From assembly GCF_009914755.1 (NCBI RefSeq), contig NC_060928.1: a DNA stretch of 64,000 bases; one strand, given 5' to 3'. The notes beneath the pieces are model-generated. The model ran no database searches, had not been told where the DNA came from, and saw only the letters and a program-made list of their open reading frames with translations. Positions 42,938 to 61,442 of the stretch are shown piece after piece. Positions within the stretch are counted from its first letter, which is position 1. The number at the start of each line of letters is the position of its first letter. The DNA is from the human T2T-CHM13v2.0 reference genome, Homo sapiens. The position numbers were made by a program, and so were the translations under genes.

Positions 42938-45292
42938 CTGGACTCAAAAAAAGCAAAAACGGAAATGCAAAAGAGAAGTTGCAGCACTGAGTCCAGTAAC
43001 TAAGGAGACAGTTGCCTCTTTGCAGGCGGTCTCTCACTCCCTGCCCTCCCCCCTGTGCTAGCAGAGCCCTTTAAGGGCCCTTGTTGGATCTGCAGCTCCA
43101 GGCCTGCCTAGTCAGCGGGGGTCAGCAGGGGTCAGCCCCACAGAGGCCATTCATCCTTGAGTGCTGACCACAGTGCTGTCACCATGATCTCGCCCTGAAG
43201 GGAGGTCACGCTATCCCTTCGACACAGGAGACCAACTCCTTTGGCTGTCCTTGGCTCCCAGTGGTGGCTGAACCAGAGGGCAGGGGCCAGGGCAGCAGCA
43301 GAGCCAAGTGTGCCCACTGGGGCCGAGGGCTCTGGCCACCACGTCCGTTGGGGAGGATGGTGGGGAGGGCCCTGGCCTTGCAGCGAGGGGGCAGGCACAC
43401 GGTCTCCCACTTCCTATCACAGTCCAGGGGTGGGGAGGACCCCACCCTCTGGCCCTGTCACAGGTGGGGACAGTGACCCTCCCCTTCCAGGTGAGGCTAC
43501 ATTTTGAGGCTGAGGAGCACACGAAATGCTGGTCCTCAGCAGCGCTAAGGCCAGGAGCCCCTGATGTGTGAGTTTGTGTGGGGATGTTGCCCCTGAGGAG
43601 GGGTGATAGGAAGAGCCCCCTCCTCGTGAGCTGTGACCCTGAGCCAGTGGCTCTCTCAACTGTGAGATGGGGACCCTTCTCCCTCCCAGGGCTAGGGGAG
43701 GAGAACTGGCAGGCAAAGTGTCCGCTCATTTCCCTGAATAGAATACAGGCTCCCTCCTGAGGGTTTCTTGCCGTCCCCACGTGGTCCCTCCCAGCCCTCA
43801 CAGTGGGCACCAGCAGTGCTGTCCCTCCTGCCCGGGGCCCTAGAGGGAGGAGGAAGACGTGAGTCCTGGGACTGGGCAGGGAGACAGGTCAGTCCCCGCT
43901 CCACGAGTTCCTGGAGCCCTCGGGTCTACCCTGCTCTGACCGAGCTGCTATGGGTAGAGCAGATCTACCTACGGCCCATCATCTCTGCGTCTTTCCCAGC
44001 AGTCTCAGGGTGTCTGTCACCGAGGCTGAGAACCCAAAGTTCTGGCCCAGGAGCACCCGGCAGAGGTGTGAGCCGGGGTCTGCCGATGGCTCATCTGATT
44101 CCCAAGTGCAGTGCTGCTTTCCCACTACCGTGGCCTCCACAAACCAGCGCTGTGCCCCCGCTACCGCCGCCACTCCCAGGGGGCCAAGTCCCACACCTTC
44201 AGACCCTCAAGACGGGAGCCGGAAGCCACCGCGGAACTAAAGTCTGGGAACCCCCCTTGGGGCGCTCAGGATTCACCCGCGCATGTGGCTGGGCACAGGC
44301 CTGTCCTCCAGGAGACTGCAGGCTGGGGACCCAAGGGTGACACCACAGGCTGCCCGCGCTTTGTGCGCAAAGCCAGGAGCGCTCTTCAGTGAAGTGGAGG
44401 CGGCACTGCGAGAACCCCGGACTGGGCGCTGCGACCGCAGACTCAAGGTCGCGGCGCCTCAGGGATCACTGGGGGCTTGAGTGAGCCCTGACCCTCTCCT
44501 GGGCCTTCCTATGCAGCGAGGGGCCGGACCCTGTGGTGCCTGAGGGCATTGTTTGTGGCTCTACTCTAGATCCGATTCCTGGTGATCACATATGTCAAAC
44601 GTAACCACTTCGACCTCCCACAAACTGCCAGCTGCGAGCCCCTGATAACAGAAGTGGCCGCACTCGCCGGAGCTCCCTCCCTGGCCTGCCTGGCACACGC
44701 TGGTGGCTTTCCCCGGGCTCTCTGCTCAGGCCTTACCACCACCCTAGACTGAGGGACGGGGGAATTGCTCAGACAGACTAGGGACTCTGCGAGGGTGACA
44801 AAACGAACTTGCAGGTCCTGGCTGTTAGCTAGAGCATTGCACTGCATTCCTGCGGGTGGTCGCTGCCCCCATGCCCTCACTGATCTTAGTGCCACACCCC
44901 TCGCCTGGAGGTCCTGCTGCAGCCCTTGCTGCCCCATAAGACCTTACCAGGGATACGGGGTGAGCCCGGCCCCTCTCTGCCATGACGCACGGGTGTTCTG
45001 CAGACACCTCGAGGGAGCCTTTGCTGCTCACTTCCCTGCCTCTCCTTCCCCAGCCCCACCACCCACCTGCCGCTGCCTCTTCCCAAGCTGGGGAGGAAGT
45101 GGAGAACCTGGGCCTCTGAGTGACTGACTTCCTCCTACAGAACTCAATTCCTCCACCTGCAGACGGTTTCCCGCCTCTTCCCAGGGTTGGTGGCATCACC
45201 CACTGGAGCAGGAGGCCTCGTTTTCCTACTGACCTGTGCCCTGACCTTCCAGAGTCAACACAGTGGGAATGGAGACAGCTTGGGGTTGTTTG

Positions 45293-45690
45293 TGATATGG
45301 TTTGACTCTGTGTCCCCACCCAAATCTCATGTTGAATTGTGATCCCCAGCGTTGGATGTGGGGCCGGTGGGAGGTGATTGGGCCTTGGGGGTGGTCTCTA
45401 ATGGTTTAGCACCATCCAGCACCCTAGTGCTGTTTTGTGATAGAGTTCTCAGGAGATCTGGTTGTTTGAAAGTGTGTAGCACCTCCCCCTTCACTGTCTC
45501 TCCTGCTGGCCATGTGAAGATGTACCTGCTTCCCCTTCACCTTCTGCCATGACTGTAAGTTTCCTGAGGCCTTCCCAGCCATGCTTCCCGTACAGCCTGC
45601 AGAACTGTGAGTCAATTAAGCCTCTTTTTTTTTTCATAAATTACCCAGTCTCAGTTATATCTTTATAGCAGTGTGAAATGGACTAATACA
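45293..45690 (+). mobile_element. MST/THE1-type MaLR solo LTR
   Basis: tgatatggtttg...cccaaatctcatgttgaattg...aaattacccagtctc...ggactaataca. Confidence 0.88.
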
Positions 45691-45998
45691 GGGTGTCTTC
45701 ATGTTGGCATTAACCTGCTAATTAGGAAGAAAAAGAAGTCTCTGGGTCTTGGTCTCCCCAACTGCAAAATTTGTGGATGGGCCACTGCCATTTCAGAGAG
45801 GCCTCCCTCAGCAAGGACAGAGTGAAAGTTTGTGGGGTGGTTTCTGGGCTGGGGCACTGGGCCTGTCAACTGGTGGCATCCAGCGTTTATGGAACAAATG
45901 ATGCTGGTACCCAGGGATGCCCTGGGACTCCTCCCACCTGGGGTGAAAGTCATTCAAACAATGAGGGGATGCCCCCCAAATTCAACAGAGTGCCACCC

Positions 45999-46713
<715 letters not shown>

Positions 46714-48050
46714 TAGTCCAAGGGTTGTGTTACTAAGGTTTACTTTCAGCTTGTTGACTAGGCAGCAAGGAGTTCCATGGCCCAGTTTGAAAGTATTTAG
46801 AAGAATGAGGTAGTCACCGTAGCCCCTCTCCAGGGTTAGGCCCCAAGCTGTTACATACAGGGTTTGGAAACTTTTATTCAATAACATATATCAAGGACCT
46901 ACTACGTACTAGGCCCTAACCCTGATGCTGGTAATACATTTTATTTTTCTGAATCAGTCACCCTCCCTCAGCTCTAGTTCTCTGGCAATGATAGCATCAC
47001 AACTTCCTCTTTAACCTCTCCTAGATAAACTCCAGAGGGCCTCCCCAGCCTGCCTGCTGCACCCTCTTTCTCCACTTTTCAGGAGTTTGAGGGATTTGGG
47101 CTGAAGCCCCACTCTCTGCATGAGAAGATGTGTCATTATCTTGCCCCCAAATTCCCCAGCCTGGTGGCCCCCCAGGAGCCTCATGAAGTCAGCAGGCCGC
47201 TCCCGGCTCTGTCCTGACCAGCAGCGTGGGGCAGGGTGGGCAAGGAGGGAGGCACAGTCAGGGTTTATACACTCAGGGTGCAGCCCTTCCTGCAGAATAA
47301 GTGACGCGTTTCATCTGGAGGAGACACAGAAGGGTCCGTTTCCACCCCATGACTCTGCAGATGCGCCACTGACAGTGTGTGGTTTCCTTCTTGGCAGCGT
47401 CCAGCTCTCCGGCAAGTGGCTGCAGATCAAAGAAAGCAGCGGAAACCTCTAGGGGACACAGCCTCCCAGGGACTGTGAAGCTGAACAGGGCGTGGCGGGA
47501 GGAGCCCTGGCTGACAGAAATGCACCCCCTCCCCTTTTCCAGGGTCAAGCCCCACTCCCAGCCCTGTGGGAGGAGGGAGCAGGAAGAACCCAGTGTGTGG
47601 CGCCAGAGTGCCTGGCTCGAAATTAATCCTGGTTCCCACTGTGTGGCCTTCGGCAGGTCATTCGCCCTCTGCAAGCCACCCTTTTCTCCTCTGTAAAACT
47701 GGAGTTTTAGCACCCGGGACTGAGGGGCCTGGCACACATGGGTGCTCCACAGGTGCCAGTTTCTTCCTCGGTGCCCCCTAAAATCAGCTGCTCAAGCCAT
47801 ACCAGAAGTATGGTCTATCAGAATGTGAACTTCAGTGTCACAGCTGGGTTTGGCTGGGATGGGTATGGCGATGTGGGAAGAAACGAGAATAGAGGGATGG
47901 CTGGGGCACCTTGAATGCTTCCTGGCGGCATCTGGATTTCACCCTGGAGGCAGCAGGGGGCACAAAAACGTTGTAAGCAGGGGCACCATTTGTGTCCTGG
48001 GCAAGCAGTGGTCTCCGAGGTGAGGGATTTCAGAATCTGCTGGTGCATTC

Positions 48051-48355
48051 TGGGTACCACGGCTCACACCTGTAATCCCAGCACTTTGGGAGGCTGAGGC
48101 AGGAAGATCGCTTGAGCCCGCAAGTTGGAGAGCAGCCTGGGCAACATGGCAAAATCCCATCTCTACAAAAAATACAAAAAAATTTAGCTGAGCACGGTGG
48201 CACATGCCTGTAGTCCCAGCTACTTGGGAGGCTGAGGTACGAGGATCACCTGAGCCCAGAAAGTCAAGGCTGCAGTGAGCCGTGACAGACTCTGCACCCC
48301 AGCCTGGGGGACAGAGTGAGACCCTGTCTCTAAATAAATAAAAACAAAAAAACAA
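48051..48355 (+). mobile_element. AluJ
   Basis: Diverged Alu. Confidence 0.85.
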
Positions 48356-48789
48356 ATCATGATAAAAAAAAAATACTGCCTGTTGAACAGGTCTGGGAAA
48401 AAAAATCCACTGATGCATAGCAGAGAATCTGCTAGAAATTCTGTAGCTTTTCAAAGAAGATCACCATGGTATTTTCTTCCTTCTCACAGTTGGATGAGCT
48501 CACTGTACAAATGTGAATGGAGCACTGGGCTGCTGACTGGGCATGGGTTTGGCCTGGTGCAGGGATGGCTGAGCTGGGGTCCTGTGCAGGCCACTGCCCT
48601 CCTCTGCCCTGAGTGTCCTTGTCTGGAGAAAATGGAGATCACCCACCCCAGCTCCAGCGTGGCAGTGAGTTTGGTTACTCATTCATGGAAGGGAAGGCCC
48701 TTTGTAACTGTACACGAGGAATTAGCAAAGTCATCGTTGCAATACACTGAAAAAAAAACCAGGTCTCACCACTGTGCAACCCTAACATA

Positions 48790-49165
48790 AACCACGTGCG
48801 GTATGTGGCCTTTGGACCCAGATTTAACAAACTGTAAAAAGACACTGTTAGAGAAACACTGGGCTAGCGGGAGATACTGAGGAATTGTCAGTGTTATTAG
48901 ATATGCTGGCAGTATTATGACTACACTTCCAAAAAAGTCTTTCTTCTAGAGACATGTACAGAAGAAGCTGAAGTATCTTCATGTGAACTGACGTATCTGA
49001 GATATACTCTAAAGGAATCCAGGGAAATTTACAATAGGAAGAATATGGGGAGGAGGTGAGAAGAGCAGAATATTGATCACTGTTAGGGTAGGCCTCAGGG
49101 GTTCATTATACTGTTCTCTCTACTATGTATGTATTTGACATTTTCCATAATAAAACTTGTTTGAA
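48790..49165 (+). mobile_element. Old L1M 3' fragment
   Basis: ggggttcattatactgttctctctactatgtatgtatttgacattttccataataaaa is an L1M 3'-end signature. Confidence 0.65.
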
Positions 49166-49184
49166 AATATTTTTTTAAATGGCT

Positions 49185-49425
49185 TTCGAAGTCTAAGGCT
49201 GGAAGATCTCTTGAGGCTAGGAATTCGAGACCAGCCTGGGCAACATAGTGAGACTCCTATCTCTACAAAAGAAAACATTAGGCAGACATGGTGGCTCAGA
49301 AGGCTGAGGCAGGAAGATCGCTTGAGCCCAGGAGTTCAAGGCTTCAGTGAGCTATGATTGCACCACTGGACTCCAGTCTGGGTGACAGAGCAAGACCTTG
49401 TCTCAAAAAAAAAAAGAAAAAAGAT
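49185..49425 (+). mobile_element. Truncated AluJ
   Basis: 5'-truncated Alu with poly(A). Confidence 0.75.
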
Positions 49426-50082
49426 TTTTAAAATGTTAGAGATGGAAATAGGTTTTCTGGCCAGCAATGGGGCATAATTCTAGAGACCCCAGGTAGAATC
49501 AGCAGGAAAAGTTGCAGCAGATGCTTGGATCTCATTCTCACCCCTCACAGCCTGGTGGCCGTCTAGGGGAGGGAGGAGGAGACAGGGACGTTGCTGGTAC
49601 CCACTGCCTGGGAACCCCTGGTGAGTTCTCCAGGATCCCACAGCAATCCCCAGGCTGCGGGGTGCTGAGCACGCAAGGCAACCCCTCTCCCAGAGGCAGA
49701 TGGACCGGGGAGGGTTCTCCATCAGTGCTTCCCAATAAAAGGCCTCCCGCTTCAGAGGGAGTGTAAACTCAGCATCCACGCCCCTCCCAGGGTTGCCGGA
49801 CACCTTGCTGAACTTAACTTACCAGCTGGGCAGGTGTGGTAGAGGCACCTCTCCCACCGTTTCAGAGCTTGGGCCTCCCACCAGCCCCTGAGCTCCTGCG
49901 GAGAAGCAGCTGAGGGCTCCACGGATCTGCACGGGCCTCCTCTTGCCACCAGAGTCTCACTTCCCTGCGCCATCCTGTATCCGTTGGGGTGCAGCTTAGC
50001 ACCTTTATGGATGACTTCCTCCTTGCCTGTCAAATTTGAAAATAAATGCCCGCCGTCCATTTCTGATTGAGCCCCAACCTCA

Positions 50083-50769
<687 letters not shown>

Positions 50770-51231
50770 TCACCTAAAGGATGCTTCACATCACGAGGCA
50801 GGGCTGACACTTGGCCACACCTTTACTGGACATTCCAGCTGTTTCCCACTGAAACTCAATAACCACAATCATTTATGCATAAACAAATGCTTTGCAAACC
50901 GTCTCAGCCAGATGAGGCGGCTTCCTGGAAGAAACAGGCACATTCGAGAACCTTTACTGTTTGCTACAGCACAGAACAGGCTGTAGGAGAGGTTCCCAGT
51001 GGGTCCTGGGTGGGAGACAATAAAGGTGGGTTCTTGGCCTTGGTCTTCCTTCACTCTGTAACTTTTTCTTCCCTGGGCCTCAGTTTCTCCATCTGGAAAA
51101 TGAGGAGTTGGCCGTGTGATAGATGTAAATTAATAAACCTACACTCTACTCATCATCACAAAGCAGCCACTACCTGTCCTGGTTGGCTACTAACACTCCA
51201 AATTATTCTGTCTCATATAACTTCCACTTAG

Positions 51232-51958
<727 letters not shown>

Positions 51959-51992
51959 GGGGAGCTGAGGTGAGGGGTTTAGCCGTCCATTA

Positions 51993-52415
<423 letters not shown>

Positions 52416-54871
52416 TCAGGCAGGGGCAGCTGAGTCTGAGTCTAGGCTGAAGGCAGGTGCTGGTGATGAGGAGAGGCCTGAGCTCCGGGGGCGGAGGCTG
52501 GAGGCTGGGTTGGCTGTGGGTGTGAGGAGCCTGCTGTTCCTGGGCCTCCAGGGAAGGTGCTTGGTGGACCCTCAGGGAGGCGAGGTGAGTGGCTCCTTCC
52601 TTCCCTGCCCTGAACCCCAGCCCCCGCTGTGTTTCCAACCCCAGGCCCACCTGTTCTGGGTTTCTACCTTGCGGGGAGGATGATTCTGTGTTTGTTGGGT
52701 GAAGCTCGGATCTTCCAGGAGGTCCAGGCTCCCCGGGACTGGGAATGTCTGGAGATGAGATCCTATAACCTGGACCCACCAGCCTCCAACTGTCCTGAGC
52801 TCCTGTGTGCCAGGGTGGGCTCACAGTCTAATGGGGGACGCAGAGGGTGAGACAGTGCTAGAGGCCATGGAGTGGGACCGGGAGAGGCAAATGTCTAGGA
52901 GAGGCGAATGTCTAAGGGCTGGGAGAGGGACACTCACGGAAAAGACTGGAGACCACAGGGCCAGGCCCCGGCCCCACCCACACCTCCAGACGGCACCCTT
53001 CATGGTGTGCTCCTTGGCAAATCTCTTGGCCAGTTTTGGAGTTCAAAGGCAGTCCCACCCGCTCCCTGTTGTGTGGGAGGAGGAGGACTGGTCATTCAGC
53101 AGACATTTACTACCAAGAACTTCCCCGGCTGTGCGGCGCGGGGCTGGGAGCCCTGAACTCTGCTGCTGCCTCCAGCCACAGAGGGGCCTTGGAGGCCCCT
53201 CTGGAGGGAGTAGCCAGGCTCTGCCAGGCATGGGCAGTCAGGGGAGGGGTGGGGAGGTACGTGGCAGGAGCACGGTTGTGATGGCCGGAGAAGGTAAGAG
53301 GGAGGTCCGGGCAGGGGAACAGGACAGGGGAAGCTTGGACTGGTGCATCCAAGACTGGTGTGCTTGGAAACTGCACATCAGACGGGGTGGGAGAGTGAAG
53401 GATGGGGTTGCAAGTTTAGGCTGGAGCCAGGTTTGGGAGGAGGTACAGGAAGGATCGGGGCTGATGGCCCCACAGAGCATCTTGGTGGCCTTGGTGGGTA
53501 GAAATGAAGCGGCATTGGAGGTGGATGTGTTTCTGTCTACTGTGTCGCCCCAGCCTGCCCCAGAAATATGAGGTCCCTCCTCCTGGGACACTGGGTGGCC
53601 CCTGCCTTGCTCCTCTCTGGCCAACTCACCCTCACCCTTCCAGGCCCATCTCAGGCATCCCCTCCCCTTTACGTCCCCTCCCACCACCATTAAAACAAGA
53701 ACAGATCCTACCCTGCAACCACTCTGTGCACAATGCCTGGCACGGGGGAGGCTTAGAACATCTGTGGGCAGATGGGCAGCTGCGGGGGCGTCTCCTGGCA
53801 GGTGGTCGTGGCTGAGAAGGAGGTCCCCGGGCCTGGGGCTCCAGTGAAGCCCCTGGGGCAGGGATGGGGAAGCTGAGGCCCGCTCCCGCCCTGAAGAGGA
53901 AGGGCAGCGGCTCTGGAGGGAGACAGGCAAGAAGGCACCCAAGAGTGTTTCCATGAGATCTGAGAACAGCCAGCTGCAGTGGGGAGGAAGGACAGGCCGC
54001 CGTGGGGCTGCGGGCAGGGAGGTTTCCGTGTGTGAGCCTAAGTGTCCTTTCTGTCCCTGCGGGTGTGAAGGTGAAGAGAGCGGACGCACACACCGTGCGG
54101 GGCTCAGCAAGCCTTGGCTGCTGTTCCCTCCTGTGGGGGCCCTGGGCTGGGTGCCAGGGTCCAGGAACACGAAGGCATTCAAGAACGCGGGGAGGGGCTG
54201 CGGGAGCCCAGGGGCAGCCGGGGGGTGGGGAGGCGGATGAGAGTCAGGAATGATTTCCTGAGGGTCAGAGCACCTGGGGGAACCGGCCAAGCACCGAAGG
54301 AAGTAGGGATGAGAGGAGGATGGGGGTCGCGCTGGGGGTGCAGGTCAGGGCACAGTGGGTGCAAAGGCAGGGATTCCAGAGAGTTTCGGGAACTTCTGGG
54401 GATGCCCGGGTGGTTCTGTGGGCCTGGGGAGACCTCAGGCCTGGTGACAAGGGACCTCACGTGTGGCGGGGCGGGGGTTCCCGCAGAGGACCCACGGGAG
54501 TGGGAAGGAGCTGGGCCTGCATCCCCTGCCCGCCTCTTCTCTTCAGCCCCCACGCAGCTCCACGTGAGCCCTGACTCCTGCCTGCTTCTAAATCGGGCTT
54601 TTCTTTGTGATGGTGGTGGCAGCAGGCAGCTGGGTGACGCCTTTAAAGATAAGGCTATTTGGAAAATTCCACTTTGGTGTGCTGTCACCTGGAGCCCCGT
54701 CCCCAAGCGCTTTCTGTTTTCTTAGCACCTAGAGCCTCATGGCCTCCAGCACTGGGCCTCTTAGGAATCACTGAGCCAGGGCCACTCGGGATCCCCCAAG
54801 TCTCCTCCCCCAACCTCAGGCCATGGGCTCCAGTCCTTGGAGGACCCGTTGTTTCATTACAACTTCTTTCT

Positions 54872-55178
<307 letters not shown>

Positions 55179-56042
55179 CTGATTTCTTCCAATCAATTAC
55201 TTGGGATGCTGTGGGAATGAGTGACCTTAGGTTTTGAGCCAGATCTACCTGGATTCAAGTGCCCCCAGTACAATGGAGGCATTGGGGCTGAGATGCTGTG
55301 GAAGAGGGCAGGTCACACAGCCCAGCAGACACACAACTCTACTAGCCTCGCTCCCAGTAATGGCAAAGATTGTTTGGCCTGGTGTTGATTCCTTAACCTC
55401 CTGGAGCTTGAGTTTTCCCATTCATAAAATGGAAGCCGTACTTGTCTTGCTTCTCTCGGCCTTGGGGAGACGGCTGGGAACCCTTGCCTGATGGCCCCAG
55501 GTTCCTGTGCTTCTCTAGGCCTGCTGTTTACCCATCAGTGAGCGCAGCATATAGCATAAATACAGCATATGTTTGTTGCGAGCAAATTTAAAAGTCAAAA
55601 AATATAAGCAGGCCAGCCGCAGTGACTATTGCCTGTAATCCTAGCACTTTGGGAGGCCAAGGTGGGTGGATCACTTAAGCTCAGGAGTTTGAAGTTAGCC
55701 TGAGCAACATAGCAAAACCCTGTCTCTACCAAAAAAAAAAAAAAAAAAAACCCACAAAAAATAGGCCTGGCTCGGTGGCTCACGCCTGTTATCCAAATAC
55801 TTTGGGAGGCCGAAGCAGGTGGATCACCTGAAGTCAGGAGTTCAAGACCAGCCTGGTCAGCATGGCGAAACCCTGTCTCTACTAAAAATATAAAAATTAG
55901 CCAGGCGTCTGTAATCCCACCTACTTGGGAGGCTGAGGCAGGAGAATCGCTTGAACCTGGGAGAGCGGAGGTTGCAGTGAGCTGAGATTGCACCATTGAA
56001 ATCCAGCCTGGGTGACAGAGCAAGACTCCATCTGAAAAAAAA

Positions 56043-57193
<1,151 letters not shown>

Positions 57194-58612
57194 CCAATTC
57201 TTTAAAGATTTTTCTGATGGCTCCTTTTGAGTTACTCCATTCCCGTCCCTCATTGCTGGACGTGTACATTATGTCTATGTTACCTTTGTAACATGTGACT
57301 GCTGCCACTTTATGAATGGTAAAACTGTGGTGAACATTTTTTGATGACAGTCTGCCTCAACTTGGGGGTCATTTTATAAAAGGATGGCTCCCTTCGGTTG
57401 TGTCATGAGACCAAAGGGATTCTGTGTGTTAGAAAGTTTTCGTTAGTGCCACCTTTGGCTGCACCCATACCTTTACCCTTTGGTGAATGCGCGGCTACTA
57501 GGAGTTCTGCCTCCCTGAATTTGCTGCTCTGAATGGACTGCAAGCTAGGACACAGGTAAGTGCCTTTGTTAACCGTGAGATGCCAGCGGCTGGGCTCTGG
57601 CGTGCGGGCCTGAGTGCTGCTGCTTGCCGCCAAGTGCAGAGGTTCTCGGAGGCTCCGCTGGCTATTTGGCACTTTTCCATTTCGGTGTCTCTTGCTGCCT
57701 TCTGTGTGCCTGAGGTTGCTGATCTGCAGCCATCTGGGCTATTCCTGCCTTTGTTTTTTTCCTCATACTGCTCAATTTCCAGAACCAACAAGAGAAACCT
57801 CAATTCCAGGCATTGTGTCCTAAAAATGAGAAGTCCTGTCTCCATGGTGAAGGAGATGACACTCCAAGTTATGGAGGCAGAAAGGATCTGCTTCTTCATG
57901 GACTGCTGACAGTCTTTGGGCCAAAGGGAAGCTCTTTTGAAAGAAATTAATGCTTCTCAAGCTGCCCCTAACCCATAGGGATGGGCCCATTGCCCAGTTG
58001 AGCTCCTTGTGTGGCATCACAGCTGCTGTTAGTTTTATTCATGCTGTTGCCCTTGGTGGCTCTGAGCTGGGGCAAGGGGATTGGGAGGGAGGATGGAGAC
58101 TGGGCAGCAGCTTCTGGACGCGGGGGGCAGAGCTGGGAGCCCTGGGCTGAGTGGCCTCACCACCTGGTGCCTGTGTCCTTGCCTGGAAAATGAGAGTCCA
58201 GGTGCCAGCTTGGCAGCTTGTGTGGATCAACTGTGGTAATAGAGGTGAATCAGCCAGCACAGCCCAGGGCACCTGGGATGGTTCCAGGTAGAGACACAGG
58301 TACCAGCAAAATTCATGCACCCTCCACAATGGAGCTCACATCTAGGGGCTGAGAAAAGGCTGGGGCAAAATGCGTGTTGGGGAAACTAGATAGATCCCCA
58401 TATCTCCTGAGATGCGGGGGTGCTCGGCAGGGCAGGAAGCCCCTGGCTTCACTGTGTGTGCACCTCCCACCCCCCTGAGCTTGGGCCATTCCTCACACCT
58501 CTCTGTGGCCTCAGTTCTCCCTCTAAATAGTCAGAGGGGACTTGATGCCAAGGGTCCTGCCAGCTCTCACGCCTGCTGATGACTCTCCTGGGGCGTGCAT
58601 CTGGTCAGATAA

Positions 58613-59046
<434 letters not shown>

Positions 59047-60971
59047 TAGCACCCAGCCCGAGCGGGCAACGAGCGGGTGCTCAGGGCTGGCTTCCATGGA
59101 CACTGAACACCCTGGGAAAGGCACTCCCCTCCCCAACTGCAAGCTGAGCTGGCTCCTTCCTGCCTAGCAAGCTTCGGAAGGCTCCGAGGTCAGGCTGGAA
59201 AAGGTCCCTCAATGGGGTGTCCGAGGAGAAGGGGGGCGTGCCAAGAGTTCTCCAACCATGCTAGGAACTTTCATTTCATTTAGACTTGTTTAATCCTCAC
59301 TACAACTCAACTTGGGAGGTGGAGACGCCATGTTTCTTGTACAGGTGGGAAGGTTGGGGAGGAGCAGGGAAGCCTTCCGGGAGACCTGAGGAGTTAGCCA
59401 GCCCAGCGGCTCCCATGCGTAGGTCCTTTGCCTGGAACTGATGAGAGGGAGCTAAGAGGCCTGGATCTTGTCCACACTAAGCGATGGCTTTACTGCGGGG
59501 AGATAATCCTTCTGGAAACCTCAGGTAGAGTCTGCATGGGGAATGAGATGGCTTCATCTAGCCAGTTATGATGGGGGTCTACGCCTCAGGACCAGCAGAG
59601 CTGAGATCCAGGGCTGACCGCCCTGATCCCGGGATTATCTGCACATCAGAGATGGGGGTGAGGGAGGTGCCGAAAGGTGAAGTGACCGCACACAGCCACA
59701 CGGCTAAATCCTGCTCGCCGTGTTAATTTTGTCAGACTCAAGTTGCAATGAAGATTTGTCTAGAACACGTCTGGGCGCTGAGGGCAACAGGTAAGGCGTG
59801 GGTCAAATCACGCTGCGGATGCAGGTGACGACAGGCTCCGGGAGAGACGGAGTGGGCGCAGCAGGATGGCGAGTGAGGAAAAGGCAGGCAGAGGGCGCCA
59901 GGTGCAAATCTGCAGGACCACAGACTTCGGTTCTGGATACAGAACAATGGTTCCTTGTCATTGTAGGGTTTTAGACCCTAAGACTCCGAATTAGGGCTGG
60001 AAGGGATTTGGGAGCCCCAAGCAGATCTATTAATCCAACGCATTAAATTGCTAATTAAGTCACGACTGAAGCAGTCTGTACTTTTCCACTAGGGTTTACT
60101 TAGAAAAAGCTGGGGAGGCCTTGTTTTAAGAGGTATGAAGGAGGCCTCGTATTATTTTTACTTAAAACCCCCAGAAATTTAAGCATTTATAAAGTTTCTG
60201 TGATGCAGCACTGCGAGGGATGTTAATGTTTTTGCTTTCAAGAGATCGCCTTTAAAAATCTCTCTTGCTTCTGCGTCATATCTCATAGATGCTCAGGGTT
60301 TTTACAGCCATGAGCTGGAGAGGAGACCCAAGTTCGGGGTTCCCTAGCCCATCCCTAACGACCGCAGTAGAGACAAATCTTCCATTTCATGCTTCCAGAT
60401 GCTTCCTGTAATGCGGAAACTCCTCCTGCCCCTGACCTTTCTGAGTGGCTGAGTCTTCCCTTAGATTGGGCTGCAGTCAGTCTCTCCCGGGTTTCCTCTC
60501 TGGTAATTTATCTGCCAGTGACAACCCTCAGGGCTCCTGGTTGGCAGGAGCCAAAGCCAAGTGGAAATCCAGGACTTCTGGCTCCCAGCGCTGGGTCTCT
60601 CCTCTTGCCCTCAAGTCCCCAGAGTCTAACGACAACCCAATAACGTCAAATACCAACTATTTGCCAGGCCCAGGGAAAATAGCAGTAAACAAGATAAGCC
60701 CGGCTTTCCTCATGGAACCCACAGCCTAGAAGGGGAATGGAGACCCACTGCCCGTCAACAGGGGCTCCTCACATACTCTCTACCAGCTCATGGAGGGCTC
60801 TGGGGCAGGGAACCTGGCTTCTGCCCCTCTCAGCTACTGACCCACCCGGGTCCTTGGGCGGAGGGCTTCATCTCTGAGCCCGTTTCCCGCTTTGTACAAT
60901 GGCTCTGATCATAGATCCCGTCTCTGGAGTTTGTGCAATGTTGAGGCCAAATATGCAGATAACGCCAGGCC

Positions 60972-61125
60972 AGTGGCTTCCAAACCCGCGTGCACATTAC
61001 ACAGCTTCCCAAACTGATGATGCTTCCATCTCATCTTCAGAGACTGTGACTTAATCGGCCTGGGCTTCAGAATATTAAAAGCTCCGCAGGCAATACTAAA
61101 GTGCAGACCAGTTTGGGAACTACAG
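60972..61125. mobile_element. MER5A-like MITE immediately upstream of the CpG island
   Basis: Termini cagtggcttccaaac...gtttgggaactacag. Confidence 0.6.
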
Positions 61126-61404
61126 CGCCAGGCACCGTGTCACAGCGCGATAAGAGAGAACGTTCGGAAAAGCCCTTTATAGATTAAGAGACTGAGGCTG
61201 GCTGGGAGGACGCCACGGCGCCGCTCCCAAGACCACCGCGGCGGGGCCTGAGCTCCGGTGTCACGCAAAGCTTCCCTTCCGCGGCGGGGCCCGGGCCGTC
61301 TCCCGCACACCGGCCGGGGCAGGGGAGCCCCATCGATGCGCTCCGCCGCTCGGCTCCCTACGCCTGAGCCCTGCCCGCTCGAGCCCCTTCCCCCTCCCGG
61401 CCGC

Positions 61405-61442
61405 TTCCCACTTCCAAGATGGCTGCGGGTGGAGCCGACCAG
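61405..61442 (+). other. TBC1D14: Candidate first exon 1a (ends CAG|gtaagg; contains ATG for MAAGGADQ)
   Basis: Strong donor at 61443 just downstream of a pyrimidine-rich start region and the YY1 motif; 5' end approximate. Confidence 0.6.
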
